Assembly (NCBI RefSeq): GCF_963921235.1
Contig: NC_086108.1
Location: 19,716,001-19,780,000, forward strand
Direction: 5' to 3'
Length of the DNA stretch: 64,000 nucleotides
From: Mobula hypostoma
Lineage: Eukaryota
Under the pieces are notes generated by a model. It did not search any database. It was not told where the DNA came from and worked only from the letters and a program-made list of their open reading frames with translations. Numbering within the stretch: position 1 is the first letter of the stretch; each line of letters opens with the position of its first letter. A program made the position numbers and the translations under genes. Shown here one piece after another: positions 1 through 13,509 of this stretch.

Positions 1-689
1 TTGGGAGTCCTTGTGCAGGATACCCTTAAGGTGAACCTCCAGGTTGAGTCGGTAGTGAAGAAGGCGAATGCAATGTTGGCATTCATTTTTGGAGGAATAG
101 AGTATAGGAGCAGGGATGTGATGTTGAGGCTGTATAAGGCACTGGTGAGACCTCACTTGGAGTACTGTGGGCAGTTTTGGTCTCCTTATTTAAGAAAGGA
201 TGGGCTGACGTTGGAGAGGATTCAGAGAAGATTCACTGGAATGATTCCGGGAATGAGAGGGTTAACATATGAGGAACGTTTGACCACTCTTGGAGTATAC
301 TCGGAGTTTACAAGCATGAGAGGGGACCTCATAGAAACATTTCGAATGTTGAAAGGCATGGACAGAGTGGATGTGGCAAAGTTGTTTCCCATGGTGGGGG
401 AGTCTAGTACAAGAGGGCATGACTTAAGGATTGAAGGGTGCCCATTCAGAACAGAGATGCGAAGAAATTTTTTCAGCCAGACGGTGGTGAATTTGTTGCC
501 AAGTCAAGTCTTTGGGTGTATTTAAGGCAGAGATTGATAGGTATCTGAGTAGCCAGGGCATCAAAGGTTATGGTGAGAAGGCGGGGTGTGGGACTAGATG
601 GGAGAATGGATCAGCTCATGATAAAATGGCAGAGCAGACTCGATGGGCTGAATGGCTGACTTTTGCTCCTTTGTCTTATGGTTTTATGG
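1..689 (+). mobile_element. CR1-type LINE 3' fragment
   Basis: ORF2 C-terminus LYKALVRPHLEYC.QFWSP...RGH...RNFFSQ; 3' UTR ends in TTATGG repeats; interrupts the hAT transposase. Confidence 0.9.
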
Positions 690-2176
690 CCTAAGAACTG
701 ATTCTACCAGCAGAAAAGAAGTTTCTGAATACGGTTTTAAGTCACCAGATGAAACATTTAAAGCAATCCTGTTCAACAACAATCCTGTTCAACTCTGTTG
801 AAAAGGGAATGAATGAAATGGCTGAGAATGTGGAAGGCACGTTGTGCAGCATATTAGGGCAACAGAATTTGCTCTCCAGTTGGATGAGTCAATTTTGCCA
901 GGCAATTAATCTTTGCTTCTTGGTTATGTTTGCTCCCTAAAAGAGAGAGCCTGGTTTAAGGGCTGTTATTTGTAAGGGACTAGAAGCGGATATGAAGGGG
1001 GAGTCAATATTTTGGGTTGTCAAGCAATTTTTCAGAGAAGGATATTCCACTCACCAACGTTCTTATGCAGCACATGGGGCACCATCAATGAGAGGACACC
1101 ACTCTGTATGTGTCGTACTTACCATTCACAGAGAACATCCTGTCATGAAAAAAAGCTAACTGATCACGGCACAAACCATGAAGTCCCATGCTCTGAATTC
1201 TCAACTTTTTTGAGAGCTTTGTATTGAGAATGATAAAAGTTTGAATGCTTGCTTTTACACACAGAAGTCAGATTGCTTTCAAAAGGAAACTGTCTGAGAT
1301 GCTTTATTGCGCTTTTTGAAATTGTGATAAAATTCTTTGAAGACTCCAATGCTTCATTCAGTAATCAACTCAAGAATATTAGGCATGACATTGCTTGTCA
1401 GAATTATTCATAAAGTTTAACAAAATCATTCTTAAATTGCAAGGAAATGATGTGAAACTTATCAAAGTCAAATCAGTCATCTCCACATTTGTGTCCAAGT
1501 TAACCTTATTTAAGTGCAATGTTGGTCATTGTGACTTTATCTAATTTCCATGCCTCTCTGAGTTGGAAGAGAAAGAAAGAATACCAAATGATCTTCAAGT
1601 GTATTGTGTCCACCTGGATGAGTTACATAAAGACATGACAGAAAGATTTCAAGATCTTTTCTTGATCCAAATTCCAGATTGGGTAATAAATCTATTCCTG
1701 TACACTTGTAATGAGGAATTTACAAGAAGGATCGAGGAAGAACAGATCTTGCTAAAGTCAAAAACAATCATATCAAGACTTTTGGTTTCTGAATGCTATT
1801 CTGCACTGGTGGAGTGGGTGGGGGAGGTCAAGATGTTTTTTATTGCCTTTCCAACATCATATTTAGGGAAGCAGTTTCAAAGCAGTTGCTCAACTTCTTT
1901 CAAAGCAACAAAACAGACTGGAAATGATTGAAGATGGGGATCTGAGATGGTTTCTGAGTGACATTCAGCCTGATGTCACTGCACCAAGCCCATCCATCTC
2001 ATTGAAAGGTGAAAAAGCAATGAAACTTTGAGTTAGCAGTTCCGATTTTCTTTCATTGGTCATCATAAATCAATTTTTTAAAATAGTTTTTATGTCATGG
2101 CTGGAATAGGAGAGGGGCACCAGGGATGAGATCTGGGAGCCAAGGGGGCGGTAACCCAGAAAGTTTAGAACCACTG
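690..2176 (+). mobile_element. Decayed hAT Charlie/Buster (ZBED8/SCAND3-like) DNA transposon, 3' part
   Basis: Frameshifted transposase pieces (MNEMAENVEGTLCSIL; LDELHKDMTERFQDL..IPDWVIN; FIAFPTSYL); ends aagtttagaaccactg, the reverse complement of a CAGTGGTTCT-type TIR. Confidence 0.75.
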
Positions 2177-4853
2177 TTGTATGTTAAAAATTGCACCACC
2201 TGTCATCAAAACTGTATTCTGTCACAGAAGTGCCTGTTGGAAAGCTCGGCTGATTTTCAATCATGGGCCAAAAGTCAAAGATCTCTCCCATAATTACCTA
2301 TAATTGTGGCTATAACCATAATTACCAAAACAAAAAAAAATCTTCCTGTATGTCCCCCCCCCATAGCTAATGAACCTGGTCTTCCCCTCACAACTCTAAG
2401 TTGGCCCGTTAGCATCAGGAATCCAAACATATATCAGAGGTTGATAGATTTGATGTGCAGCTGGTTGAGTCCAAATTGGGCACTCAAACTCATTTGTTCA
2501 TCATCTGAGCCTTGTCTGTCCAGCAGTCTTTTGCAGAAATGAAAGCAATCTTCTAGACTCGACACTTGAGGGCAAGCAAATGAACAAACAAAATTAAGCT
2601 TTCATGAAACCTAATTGCCTGATTAGTAAAAAGACAAACTATGACAGAGCTGGTAGGCTGTGTGTGGGGGCTTTGGATGGTGGGTTCTATGTAGTCAGCT
2701 GAGTGAAGGTGAGGGAGAGTCATTTTGTTGGTGTAGTATAATGGATTATGGGCATGTCGTCCATTGGCAGATGCCACATCGGGAAAGTTGTCTGTTATAT
2801 TTTTGTTTCCCTGTAACTTTAACTGTTTTCAAAAAAAAATCAACCTTCTTTTGCTTGGGGCTTTGGAATCTCTCAGTCATGTTGACCTTGATCATTCTGA
2901 GCATTTCAACATTCGTGAGTATTTCTGGGCTCTGCCCTTAAGTTACCTGTGCAGGTGTTTCACAAGCCACCTGTGTGTGCATACATATGATTAGTATGTT
3001 GTGTCATGTTCAGGCACAGATTTCTTGCTTTTGATACTGTTGAGGCTATTTTATAGAAATATATAAAATTATAAAGGGCAAAAGTCAGAAAATTTCCCAT
3101 GGTAGGGGTATCAAAAACAAAACTATAAATTTAGGTGAGAGAAAGGAGTTTTAAAGGGAATTTGAGGGAGTTTTCTACAGATTTATATCTGCAACTTGCA
3201 AAGGAGATGGTGAGAGTTGGACATTTAGATGTTAGTTGGACATTTACTGCAGAGAATGACTTGAACAAACAGGCAGAGAAAAGTGGACCCAATGCAGGCA
3301 AGTGGAAATTTTATAAACATGCAAAAATGATCAGCATGGGCCAGTAAGCTGTAGAACATAGCAACTTAACAAGTCCTCTGACTCTAAAAGGCAATCAATT
3401 AGGGAGGAGTAAACTGCAATACATATTTCACTCGGGCTTTTGTATTCAGTGTGGTTGTGCATTTAACTCATGAAAAGTGACAACTTCTACTTAACGCAGT
3501 CACACGGCCTGATGCAGCAGAGATGAAATCTCCTTGCCCAGTACATTCGTGGAATTGTATCTTTTGTCAAGTTTACTAAAACTAAAGATCTTCCTTTTAC
3601 ACAATACCATTGTTGAACAGAAGATCTTGCACCCTCCGCAGTTTACAGTGTTTTCGCAGTGTTATATTGGTGGTGTTCACTGTGACAACTGGAAAATGTG
3701 CAGTTAAATGTGGAAATGCAGAAGCTGCTCACGGTGTTTTCCTGTTTCTCGAGAGGAAATGATGTTCTGTAGCTTCCTGTAGGCTAATCTTGTAATATAG
3801 GTAATGTGTTGAAAAAATAAAATCAGACTGCTGGAAATAGATTGTCAGGCAGTATTGGGGGGGGGTGGGGGGGGAAGAGTGGAGGAGAGAGAAACAAAGC
3901 TGATGTTTCAGGTGGACAACCTTTCAATGGATCCGGGGCCATTGACCTGAGGCATTAACCGTGCTTTTTTTTCACCAATGCTGCAATTAGCCAGCAATTT
4001 CTGATTTTATTTATGGTTTATTCTCACTGTAAAATGCCATGAAAATGGTATGCTTTGATGTTTGAGATGTGACTGAGTTTTTCTTTTCAAAGGTGCTTTG
4101 AACTATAAATGTTAAGCAACCTCTTGTTTTTCTTTGAAAATCAGTTGTTTTTGAGTTGTGACAATACTTTTGAATTAAAGTTTGTTTTCTCGCTTTTATC
4201 TCTATTTTCACCAATCTATGGCATATTTAAAAGTTTACCCTTAAAATGCTGAGTGAGCTTGATGGAAATTATCGTTGGATGCCAGGGTCCCTTGAAGCTG
4301 AAAGTTTTGTCAGCAGCCCCCATCAGAGAAGGGAAGGTCTTCAAGTGGTAGCTGAGTCACAGCCTATAAAAATCGAGTGACCTACAAAGCAAGGTGCAGA
4401 GGTCAAGGTGTTCTTTTTTCCTTCAGTTAAGTTGCATAAGGTTTCATATCCTGAACCTGCAGGTATTGATAAATAACTGTCTAGAATTTAAAGTGTTAAT
4501 GTAAGTTGGCAAGAGGTTTCTAAGGCTGTCAACCTGTTGTGGCAAGGGGCAAATTGCAGCGGATCCAGGTCCTTGCTTATAGATAGGCGTTGATTCTGGC
4601 CATGACCACTCTCTCAAAGCGTTTCATCCCAGTAGATGAGAATGTCACTGGGCTCTTGGGCACTGGTATGATTGTTGCTCTTTTGAAGCAGGTGGGAACC
4701 TCTATCTGCAGCAGTGGGAGATTGAAGGCATGTTTCTGAACTTGAGAAGTGGGAATATTAACAGCTACTTTGGTTTCTTGATGGCTACAGTTAACCACAT
4801 GATGTTAACTGGAGACGATGCTTCACTCCCAGATGAGCTCAATGCCTTTTATG

Positions 4854-4887
4854 GTCCTGACGAAGGGTCTTGGCCTGAAACGTCGAC
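4854..4887 (+). ncRNA. Minimal type I hammerhead ribozyme motif (Penelope-associated)
   Basis: GTC-CTGACGA-agg(gtcttgg)cct-GAAA-CG-TC-GAC: stem I, catalytic core, stem II, palindromic mini stem III, GUC cleavage triplet. Confidence 0.7.
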
Positions 4888-4951
4888 TGTACCTCTTCCT
4901 AGAGATGCTGCCTGGCCTGCTGCGTTCACCAGCAACTTTGATGTGTGTTGT
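4855..4951 (+). mobile_element. 97-bp Penelope-like terminal fragment with 16-bp TSD
   Basis: TCAATGCCTTTTATGG at 4839-4854 and 4952-4967; insert matches the Penelope ends at about 20810-20904 and 21731-21822. Confidence 0.85.
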
Positions 4952-7729
4952 TCAATGCCTTTTATGGATGCTTTGAAAGGGAGAATAAAAATAGAATCCC
5001 TGCAGTTTCCGGTGACCCTGTGAGCTCTGTCTCGTAAACTGACGTCAGCACACCTTTCGTGAGGGTGAACCTTTGCAAAGCATCAGGTCCTGATGGTGTA
5101 CTTGGAAGGGCACTGAAAACTGGTGCTAACCATCTGCCTGGAGTTTTCAAGGACATCTTCAATCTCCCACAGCTGTGTTTGGAAGCTCTCACTTGCTTCA
5201 AAAGGACAACAATCATAACCAGTGCCCAAGAAGAGCAGGGTGATGCTCACATCTATTGTGATGAAGTTGGTCGTGGCCAGAATCAACTCCTGCCTAAGCA
5301 AGGACCCAGATCTGCTGAAATTTGCCTTTTGCCACATTAGATCTACAGCGAATGCAATCTCGCTGTACGAGGAGGCATACTGGAGTGAGATAGATTGAGT
5401 GGTGCTACAATAACCTTGCACTGAATGTCCATAAGACCAGGGAATTGATTGTGGATTTCAGGAATGGTAAGTCAAGGGAGGATGTTCCAGTCCATATTGA
5501 GGGGATAGCAGAGGAAAGGGTGAGCAGTTTCAAGTTGCTGGGTTAAATAGCAACTTAAATATGGGCCCAACATATTGATGCAATTACAAGGAAGATACGA
5601 CAGTGTCTATATTTCATTAGGAGTTTGAGGAGATTCGGTTTGTGATCAAAGACTCACGCATTTCTACAGATGTGTTGTGGAGAGCATTCTGACTGGTTGC
5701 ATCACCATCTGGGATGGAGGAGCCTCTGCACAGAGCTGGGAAAGCTGCACAAAGTTCTCGACTCAACCAGTCCATCCTGGGCACTGTCTTCCCCAGCATG
5801 GAAAAACACCTGTGACAGGCAATGCCTCAAAAAGCTTAAAGTAAATTTATTATCAAGGACATATATGTAAGCATATATGACCCCGAAGTTCATTTTTGGC
5901 GGGCATTCGCAATAGAAAGAAACAGTGGAAAAACTGAGACAAACAACCAGTGTGCAAAAGGTAACAAACTGTGCAAATACAAAAAGTAAAAAATAATAGT
6001 AATAAATAATAAATATTGAATGAGTTGTAGAGTTACTTCAATCTTTGAACTTTTTTTGGACAGTGGTGTCATCAGTGAATTAATGGATCATGTTTGAGCT
6101 GTGCCTGATTGCACAGTTGTGTGTGTAGAGCAGTGGACTAATCAAGCATTCTTGAGTATGTTCCTCCGTATTCTCATAAGACCCTAACAATCTAGTCCCA
6201 AAAGGCGGCATTCATCATTAAGGACCCCCATCACCCAGGACATGCTCTCTTCTCATTTCTACCATCAAGGAGGAGGTATAGGAGCCTGAAGACACATATT
6301 CAATGTTTCAAGAACAGTTTCTTGCCCTCCGCCATCAGATTTCTAAATGAACAATGAACCCATGTACTATCTCTTTTTTGCTCTCTTCTGCACTACTTAA
6401 TTTATTTTTTTATATATTTCTTATTGTAACCTTTAGTTTTTTCATTCTTATGCATTGCAGTGTACTGTTGCCAGAAAACAACAAATTTCATGACATATAC
6501 CGATAATATTAAACCTGATTCTGATTCTGTACTCCAGCAGAAGAGGGCTTCTCATCAACAAATTCTGCTTGAAATGAAATATATTTTCACATTCCTCCTT
6601 CGAGCCATGCTGTTGCATTGTCATTTCATTAATTTACTTGGATGTTATTTCAGTATTGTCAGTATTGACTGAACTTTTCTTTCCCCCATCACATTGCTCA
6701 GTATTTGTCACTGCACTTGTGGTTTTCCATTGAGTAGTGTGCAACATGATTGTGTGGAACTCTTAATCATATAGCGAATCCTGGTGGTTATGAGCACAGT
6801 TACTAAAACAAGAGGTACGAGTGGCAGAGGAGAAAATGATTGAGCAGCTTGGGACACCTTGAGATATCAGCTCAAATCCGACGCTGGTCCCTACAAGTTT
6901 GAAGTCACTGTTGTGAAGCTGTTTGCACCATGAAGTGTTTTGCTCATGGCCTGACTCATTTGGCCAGAATCCAGTATCATGCTGATTAAACTCTTAATCT
7001 CAAACATGATGCGTCAGGAAAAAAAAACGTATGGTATTTGGAAGGGTAATGAAGCCTGACATTAAAGCCCAGCTGTTTGAGTGGATCTGATGCACTCCAT
7101 GCTGTGAATGAAGGTAAAGTGCCTTTGTTCCAGAGTACAGTAACCCTTTTGTGTGGACTTCCTTCAATTCATCTTTATTCACTTCTCCCTTTCTCTTGTG
7201 GCGCTCTTAATCCACGGGCTTTGATTTTCACTGGTGATTCTTGTTCTCATCTGAACTGGAAAGGAAGCCCCATTTGATTCACACAACATTTTTGCATCCT
7301 CTACCCTTGATGCCTCAATGCTCTCTCTAAGTGTGTTTCAGTTGTATTCAATTGTGAGATGATTATGCCTCCCTCCCTGTTAGCCACAGGTTTAAAATAG
7401 CCCAGGCTCACTCCACATTCAACAGTGAAATCTGGAGAAGAGTTCATAAGCAAAAAAACTTGTCTTTTATCTGATTTGAAATCAATAACAAGTTCAAGAT
7501 TCTCTAAGTTGCTGACTCACCCTGTTTTAGATCTTGCATGTTTGAGTGACTGGATGAACTTGCACCTGTTCAAGCAAGTTGGAATACTATACGTGTATAT
7601 TCTCTCAAAGCTCACCAAATAGTACTGATGAATGTTCTCCTGTGAATTCTAATTGTGCCACTTCCAGATTGGTCTGGAATATAAACTGTGGCCAGCACTT
7701 AACACTGTCTCTTCATTAGCAACAACAGG

Positions 7730-10020
7730 GACAGCCTGTGTGTGGAGCCAGAAGGTACAGGTGAGGTCATAAAAGAATACTTTCATTGGTATTCACAAAA
7801 GACAGGGGTTCCCAATCATGGACCCCTATCATTGTCAAAGGAAGTGCATTTGATGACAGAATTTATCTCGGGGAAGATGCGATTGCAGTGCAACTGTCCA
7901 GCAGACTTAAAGGTGGATGGATCCCGACAACCAGACGAGATTTATCCCAGCTTCTATGGAAGACAAGGAAAGAGACTGCTGGAATTCTGGCTGAGATTTT
8001 TAGGTCCTCGCTGGCCATTTCACTGGAGGACATCAAGCTCAGAGGCAGAACAGACTGAGTGGGTCAAATAACCTGATTCTGCTCCTATATGTCTTGTGTC
8101 TTCTGCTCAGATGTAGTCCCTTTTTCAAGAAGGATAGCTTGGTAATTACTGATCTGTGAACCTATGGAAATACATTCTGAGGGACAGAGTTAACAATTAC
8201 TTTGAAAGACTGGGTCTGATCAGAGGTCTGCATCAAGACTTGGTCAAGGGCAGATTCAGTCTGACCAACCTGATTGTTTTTTGAAGCGATAAGTGTATTG
8301 ATGAGGGCTATTCACTAAACATGGTTTGTATGAACTAAGGTAAGGTATAAGGTAAGATCTTACATGGGAGGCTCGTTCACAAGGTTAAGACACATGGAAT
8401 CCAGGGCAGGTTGGTAAATAAATCAGTTGGTTTGACAATAGTGAACAGAAGATAGACGGTGGGTTTTGTGATTGGATGCCTGTGGCTAGTAACTTTACGT
8501 AGGATTGGTGCTGTTGCAGTATTTGTGGATGTTGAAAGCACGATCAGTAACTTTGTGGACAACACAAAGATCAATGGTATTGTTATACTGTGGAGTGTTA
8601 TCTTGGGCTACATGGTGTGCAGTGAAATGAGCTGAGAAATGGCAGATGGAGTTCAGCACATGTACATGTGAGGTGATGCATGTTAAGAGTACTATTGAGG
8701 CTATGGCATGGTACTGTCTCAGGGAGTGTTGAGGAACAGAGGGACATTGGCGTGCAAGTCCACAGATGTTAATAGAAGGCTGTACAATTGTATCACATGG
8801 CTCAGAAGGCTTATGGCACCTGACCTTCATTAGTCAACACAATGAGGACAGTAGCAGGAACGCTGTCCTCCAACTTTTTAAACCAATAGTCAAACATCAG
8901 CCGGGGTATTACAAGCAGTTGTAGATGTGGTGCAGGGGAGATTCACGAAGATGTTAATTGAGATGAAGTGTTTCAGTTTTGAGAAGAGACTGATGAAGCA
9001 AGGTAGGGTGAAGGACAAATGATTTAGCAGGGATCTGAGGTGCACCTTTTTCACTCAAAGTGGGATACATTGCCTTAGAGAGTAATGAAAACAGTCAGTG
9101 ACATTATTTAGGTGTCTAAAATAGAGCGGATTCTGGTTAATTGGGACACATTGGGACCAGTACATTTTGGCCCAATTAAGTGGCTGTCCAAATTAGCTGG
9201 TTTCATGGAAATAGTTAAACTGGTATAGCAAAGACAAACTGAGAACCAAATTTTGTATTTAAGTGAAATACAGAATAAATAAAAACACTGCCAATAGTAC
9301 TACAGTACTATAAAACTGTATTAGTTCCTCATAGATATCAGTGGAGGAATTCATCCAGTGTACACAATGAACAAGGTCAGTGCAGACACCGAGTGCAGAT
9401 AATGGACTGCCCTCATACAATGCTATCGATGATTACATCCTCCAAATCTTCATTTTCATTGTAAAATTCAGGATAATTGTTGATACCTTCATATTTCCTA
9501 ACTTGGTCAAGTAGTGAAATAGTTTCATTTTCACTCCTGGTCGTTTCTGGCATCCTCTAGCCTGAATGCTTGAAACTGGAGTGAGCAAAACAGTTCTGAA
9601 TTGTCTTGGTGTTTAATCCTCGCCAACTATCAGTGACAAAAAACAGAAACACATGCAGCTGACACTTTTGAAACTGTTTGCTGTGAGCATGATGTAGTAT
9701 CTAATGGCCACACAAATGCACGCAACTAACGCTAGTTAGAACTGTTTGGACAAAGTCTCCAGTTCCAATTAAGTGCAGAGTGTTCCAAATAAGTGGAGGG
9801 AGTCCCAGCAATTTTCTTGATTAGTTTTGGTTGTTTAAGAGTTATCCCAGATAAGTGGCTGTCCTGATTAGCTGATGGCCCAATTAACTGGAATCCATTG
9901 TATTTCAAGTACCTACATAAGTATGGAAGGCGATGGGTCAAATACTGGAATATGGGATTAATACCGATGAGTACCCACTGTTCAGCATGGAAGTAGTGGG
10001 TAGAGGGGCCTGTTTCAAGT
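7730..10020 (+). mobile_element. Old diverged CR1 LINE, interrupted by a TcMar element
   Basis: Degenerate similarity to the CR1 RT and 3' segments elsewhere in the window; boundaries approximate. Confidence 0.6.
9124..9900. mobile_element. TcMar (pogo/Tigger-like) non-autonomous element
   Basis: TIRs gagcggattctggttaattggg ... cccaattaactggaatccattg, flanked by TA at 9122-9123 and 9901-9902. Confidence 0.75.
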
Positions 10021-11195
10021 CATAAAGTATGACACTCTGCCTGTAATTTCATTAGTTTTACAGAAAGGTTGCCAATTTGAATTAATAATATATACTTTTA
10101 TTTACCATGCTGAACAATGTGAAATGTTCCCAATTTTGTGAATGTAAATACTTCTCTCATATCTTTTCTCAAAGGTGAATACTGAGGCTTGACTGCAAGC
10201 TTACAACATCAAATGAGATTTAATTGTATGTGGGCCAAGAACTAATGAGGTGCGCTGTTAGGGAAGGATTTCTAATCAAAACATGACATTCAAAGGGCAG
10301 TTGACTTGACCAGTCCATTTGTAACTTAACTAGTCATGGGAGCTAAACTATCTTGATGTTGGTTCAAAAAGGATGTGTCTTTGACACCTGTTAGCTGTCG
10401 GGGCTCTATCTTTTCTGAGTGAATTGTTCAAGGCTGAGAGAATGATGCTGTGAAAGGTGAGATGAGTTTCCGAAGATAAGAGATTTTTTCATCATGTGTG
10501 TGGTTTCACGTACAGGAATGTGACAACAGGTAACTGGCAGGCTTGGGAGGAAGGAGCAAGAGTTGTGAGAATTTGTGTGTGCTGGAATTGAAGTACTGCA
10601 AATGGATCTTTATCAAGTATCACAGCTTCATATCAGTATACAATTCTGATGTTAAAAAAAAGCTTTTAATGTGGGTTTTTTAACACTTAGTATTAAATGT
10701 GCGTTTAAAGAGTTGCATCCTGTCTGGGAAATGCTATATTTGGAATTCCCCTTTCTGATAATTAAGACTTTTTGCTAATCATATTTTTCATAGTTCTCTG
10801 TCCTTGTGTTTTGGCCTGCAATGGGTTCAGTGATATCTGTTGCCTGAGTATGTTGCTGGCAACTGCCTAATGGAGAAAATCCACTGCATGTCACCATCTT
10901 TCCACTGTTGTGCAGTTTCTTCAAGTCTTCTCACATTTGCATTAGTTTCAGTGACACACTATCAGATCGATGCAAACCTGTGCTGGAAGGTTGAGTAATG
11001 TTTTCCTCTGCCATTTAACACTGAGCCTAGTGAATTACATCGTGGTGGTAGAACATAAACGTGACTTCAGCATGAAGACCTGTCATGTCTGCATGTGATC
11101 TTTCTCCAAAGGCCATCTCTACTGTGGTTTGCCACAAGCTGTATATGCAGATCCCACATCTACTTTCTTGCAGTCATCTGTTTCCTTAAAATTAA

Positions 11196-11708
11196 TACTT
11201 AGTGGCCACTTTATTAGGTACACCTGTTTGTTAATGCAAATAACTAATCAGTCAACCATGTGGCAGCAACTCAGTGACTAAAAGCATGCAGACATGGTCA
11301 AGAGGTCCTGTTGTTGTTCTGACCAAACATCGGAATGGGGAAGAAATGTGATCCAAGTGACTTTGAATGTGGAATGATAATTGGTGCCAGAATGGGTGGT
11401 TTGAGTATCTCAGAAACTGCTGACCTCCTCGGATTTTCATGGACAACAGTGTCTCGAACGTTCATTGAGAGGCAGTTCTGTGGACAAAAATGAGAGAGGT
11501 CAGAGGAGAATAGCTAGACTGGTCCAAGTGACAGGAAGGTGACAGTAACTCAAATAACCACATGTTACAACAGTGGTGTGCAGAAGAGCACAACGTCTCA
11601 AATCGTGAGGTGGATGGGCTAAAGCAGCAGAAGACCACGCCCATACATACACTCAGTGGTTAATTTATTGGGTGCATAGGAGGCACCTCATAAAGTGGCC
11701 ACTATGTG
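11196..11708 (+). mobile_element. Tc1 transposon deletion derivative
   Basis: TIRs agtggccactttattaggtac ... cctcataaagtggccact; internal transposase HTH start MGKKCDPSDFECGMIIGARMGGLSISETADLLGFS. Confidence 0.8.
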
Positions 11709-12559
11709 TAGTTTCCATTTGAATGGTTCTTCCTCATCATGCATATAGATGCTGCCTTGTTATAGTTTGCAGTCGATGAAGATCTACCCCATTTACTTTT
11801 TAGTGATGTGCTGATGTCTTGTTTTATTGGGTTGGGCAGCATAACTAAATCTGAACCTTGATTTGATGCCAACAAGATGTAATTAAATTGTGCTGACACT
11901 ACTTTTCCCTTCCAATTCTCTCTTCCACCATTAACTCTCCACCTCCCTCCTGTTGAAATCAGGGTGTAATTGGAACAAAGGGTGGTTTTAATGATTGGTG
12001 CTTGATGGGGTTATGAGTAATGCTCGAGCTTTTTGAACATGAGTGCACAAACCAAACCACGTGAAAGAGGCAGGCACCCACTTATTTCACAAGTGCTTAC
12101 TCATCTACATAGCATTAGGTTTACATGATATTATTGCCACTTTAAACACTGTACCACATTTACCATGGAATTGTAAAAGCCAAAAATCGTTAAATACAAA
12201 ATGGGGCACTTTGTACCACTACATTAGTAAATCTGCTGAACACATCAATATAACTTTAAAAAGCTAAACAGACCAATGGAAAGCAGTGCATTTGAGAAGT
12301 AAGACAACATGCAATAGTGTCAGTGGAATGTGGTTCATCTTTCCTTTGGCCGGGGACAATGCAGTTTTGCTTTCCATACTCTGGTATATTTTGATCCCAG
12401 CCACAGGGTGTCTGAGCAGGACAAGAGGGACGAGACAATGATGATTTACTTGGGGAGAAGTCTGCAAGTTTCAGTTAATGGCGAGGGGTAAGATCTGGCA
12501 GCAGATTGCACTTGAGATTATCAGTGGGGTTTTCCATGTGAGTGGATGAGTTTACATTT

Positions 12560-12890
12560 TAAAGATTAGCTTTGTTTGTCACGTGTGCTTTGAAAAGTCT
12601 GAACATACACTGGAGTGAATTGTTTGCGTCAAAACAAATCAGTGACGATTGTGCTGGGCTGTCCGCAAGTGTCCCCACACTTCTGGCACCAACATAGCTT
12701 GTCCAACAACTCACTAACGAAACTATGAGTTTGGAATGTGGGAGGAAATTGGAGTATCTTGTGGAAACCCACATGGCCACAGGGAAGAACCTACAAACTC
12801 CTTACAGACAGCGGCAGGAATTGAATCCCAATTGGTGATCGCTGCTAGTCTAACAGTATTACGCTAACCACTGTGCTAGTGTGCCACCTA
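12560..12890 (-). mobile_element. V-SINE (HE1-like)
   Basis: Reverse V-core tgtgggaggaaa..ggag..gaaacccac..acaaactccttacagacagc followed by a reverse tRNA head. Confidence 0.7.
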
Positions 12891-13246
12891 ATTGAAGTTG
12901 AAGCATTTAATTTTTTCAAATATGATTTCAAAACATACAAAGAAGACATAATATTGGAATAAAATGTCATTTTGACTTAATTATTTTCTCATCTTCCTCT
13001 GTGCCTGACCTAATCTCCCCCCACCACCTCATTTTCCACTCTGGTAAATGCCAAAACATCGGCACATATTGTGCACACACAAGGTCCGAAAAGATAATTC
13101 ATTGGCTTCTATTTGATTTAGTTTTTTTCTTGTGTTTCTTTTTGTGTTTGAGTGTCAATTTAAGGATAAAAATTGAGTTATTAATTCACAAAGTTTTCAG
13201 AAGGAATTGGTGACTAACTTGAGCTCTGAATCTCTCAACTGTCTAG

Positions 13247-13509
13247 GTGTCGATCTGGATTTGTGGGTGAATACTGCCAGCACCCAGATCCCTGTCAGAT
13301 TTCAACCTGCCTTAATGGAGGAACGTGTAGAATTTCCTTCACTGAAAGCAAAGTACAAGGGTCATGCAGTTGTGCTTTGGGATTTACTGGTGATCGATGT
13401 GATACAATAGTCACCAATGTCTGTCTGAACAAACCTTGCCAAAATCGAGGAACTTGCCGCCTCATCACCCTTGAGAAATATGAATGCAAGTGCCAACGAG
13501 GATGGATCG
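13247..13509 (+). CDS. notch2: Notch receptor (NOTCH2-like) exon 3; end of EGF1, EGF2-3
   Basis: ctag|G acceptor, G|gtaggt donor, 263 nt; CRSGFVGEYCQHPDPC...CLNKPCQNRGTC...CQRGWIG; GEYCQH.DPC is NOTCH2-like. Confidence 0.9.

Larger units (their letters stand above)
4540..6510. mobile_element. Rex1/Babar-like LINE fragments (short - piece then longer + piece)
   Basis: TCFKRATIIPVPK and KASGPDGV..LK..ANHLPGVFKDIFNL motifs; VVESILTGCIT-type C-terminal coding; (TGATTC)n tail; boundaries approximate. Confidence 0.7.

Noticed and set aside
1..13246. Notch exons 1-2
   Set aside because: No signal-peptide or EGF1 N-terminal exon with splice sites was recognised; they probably lie upstream of the window.
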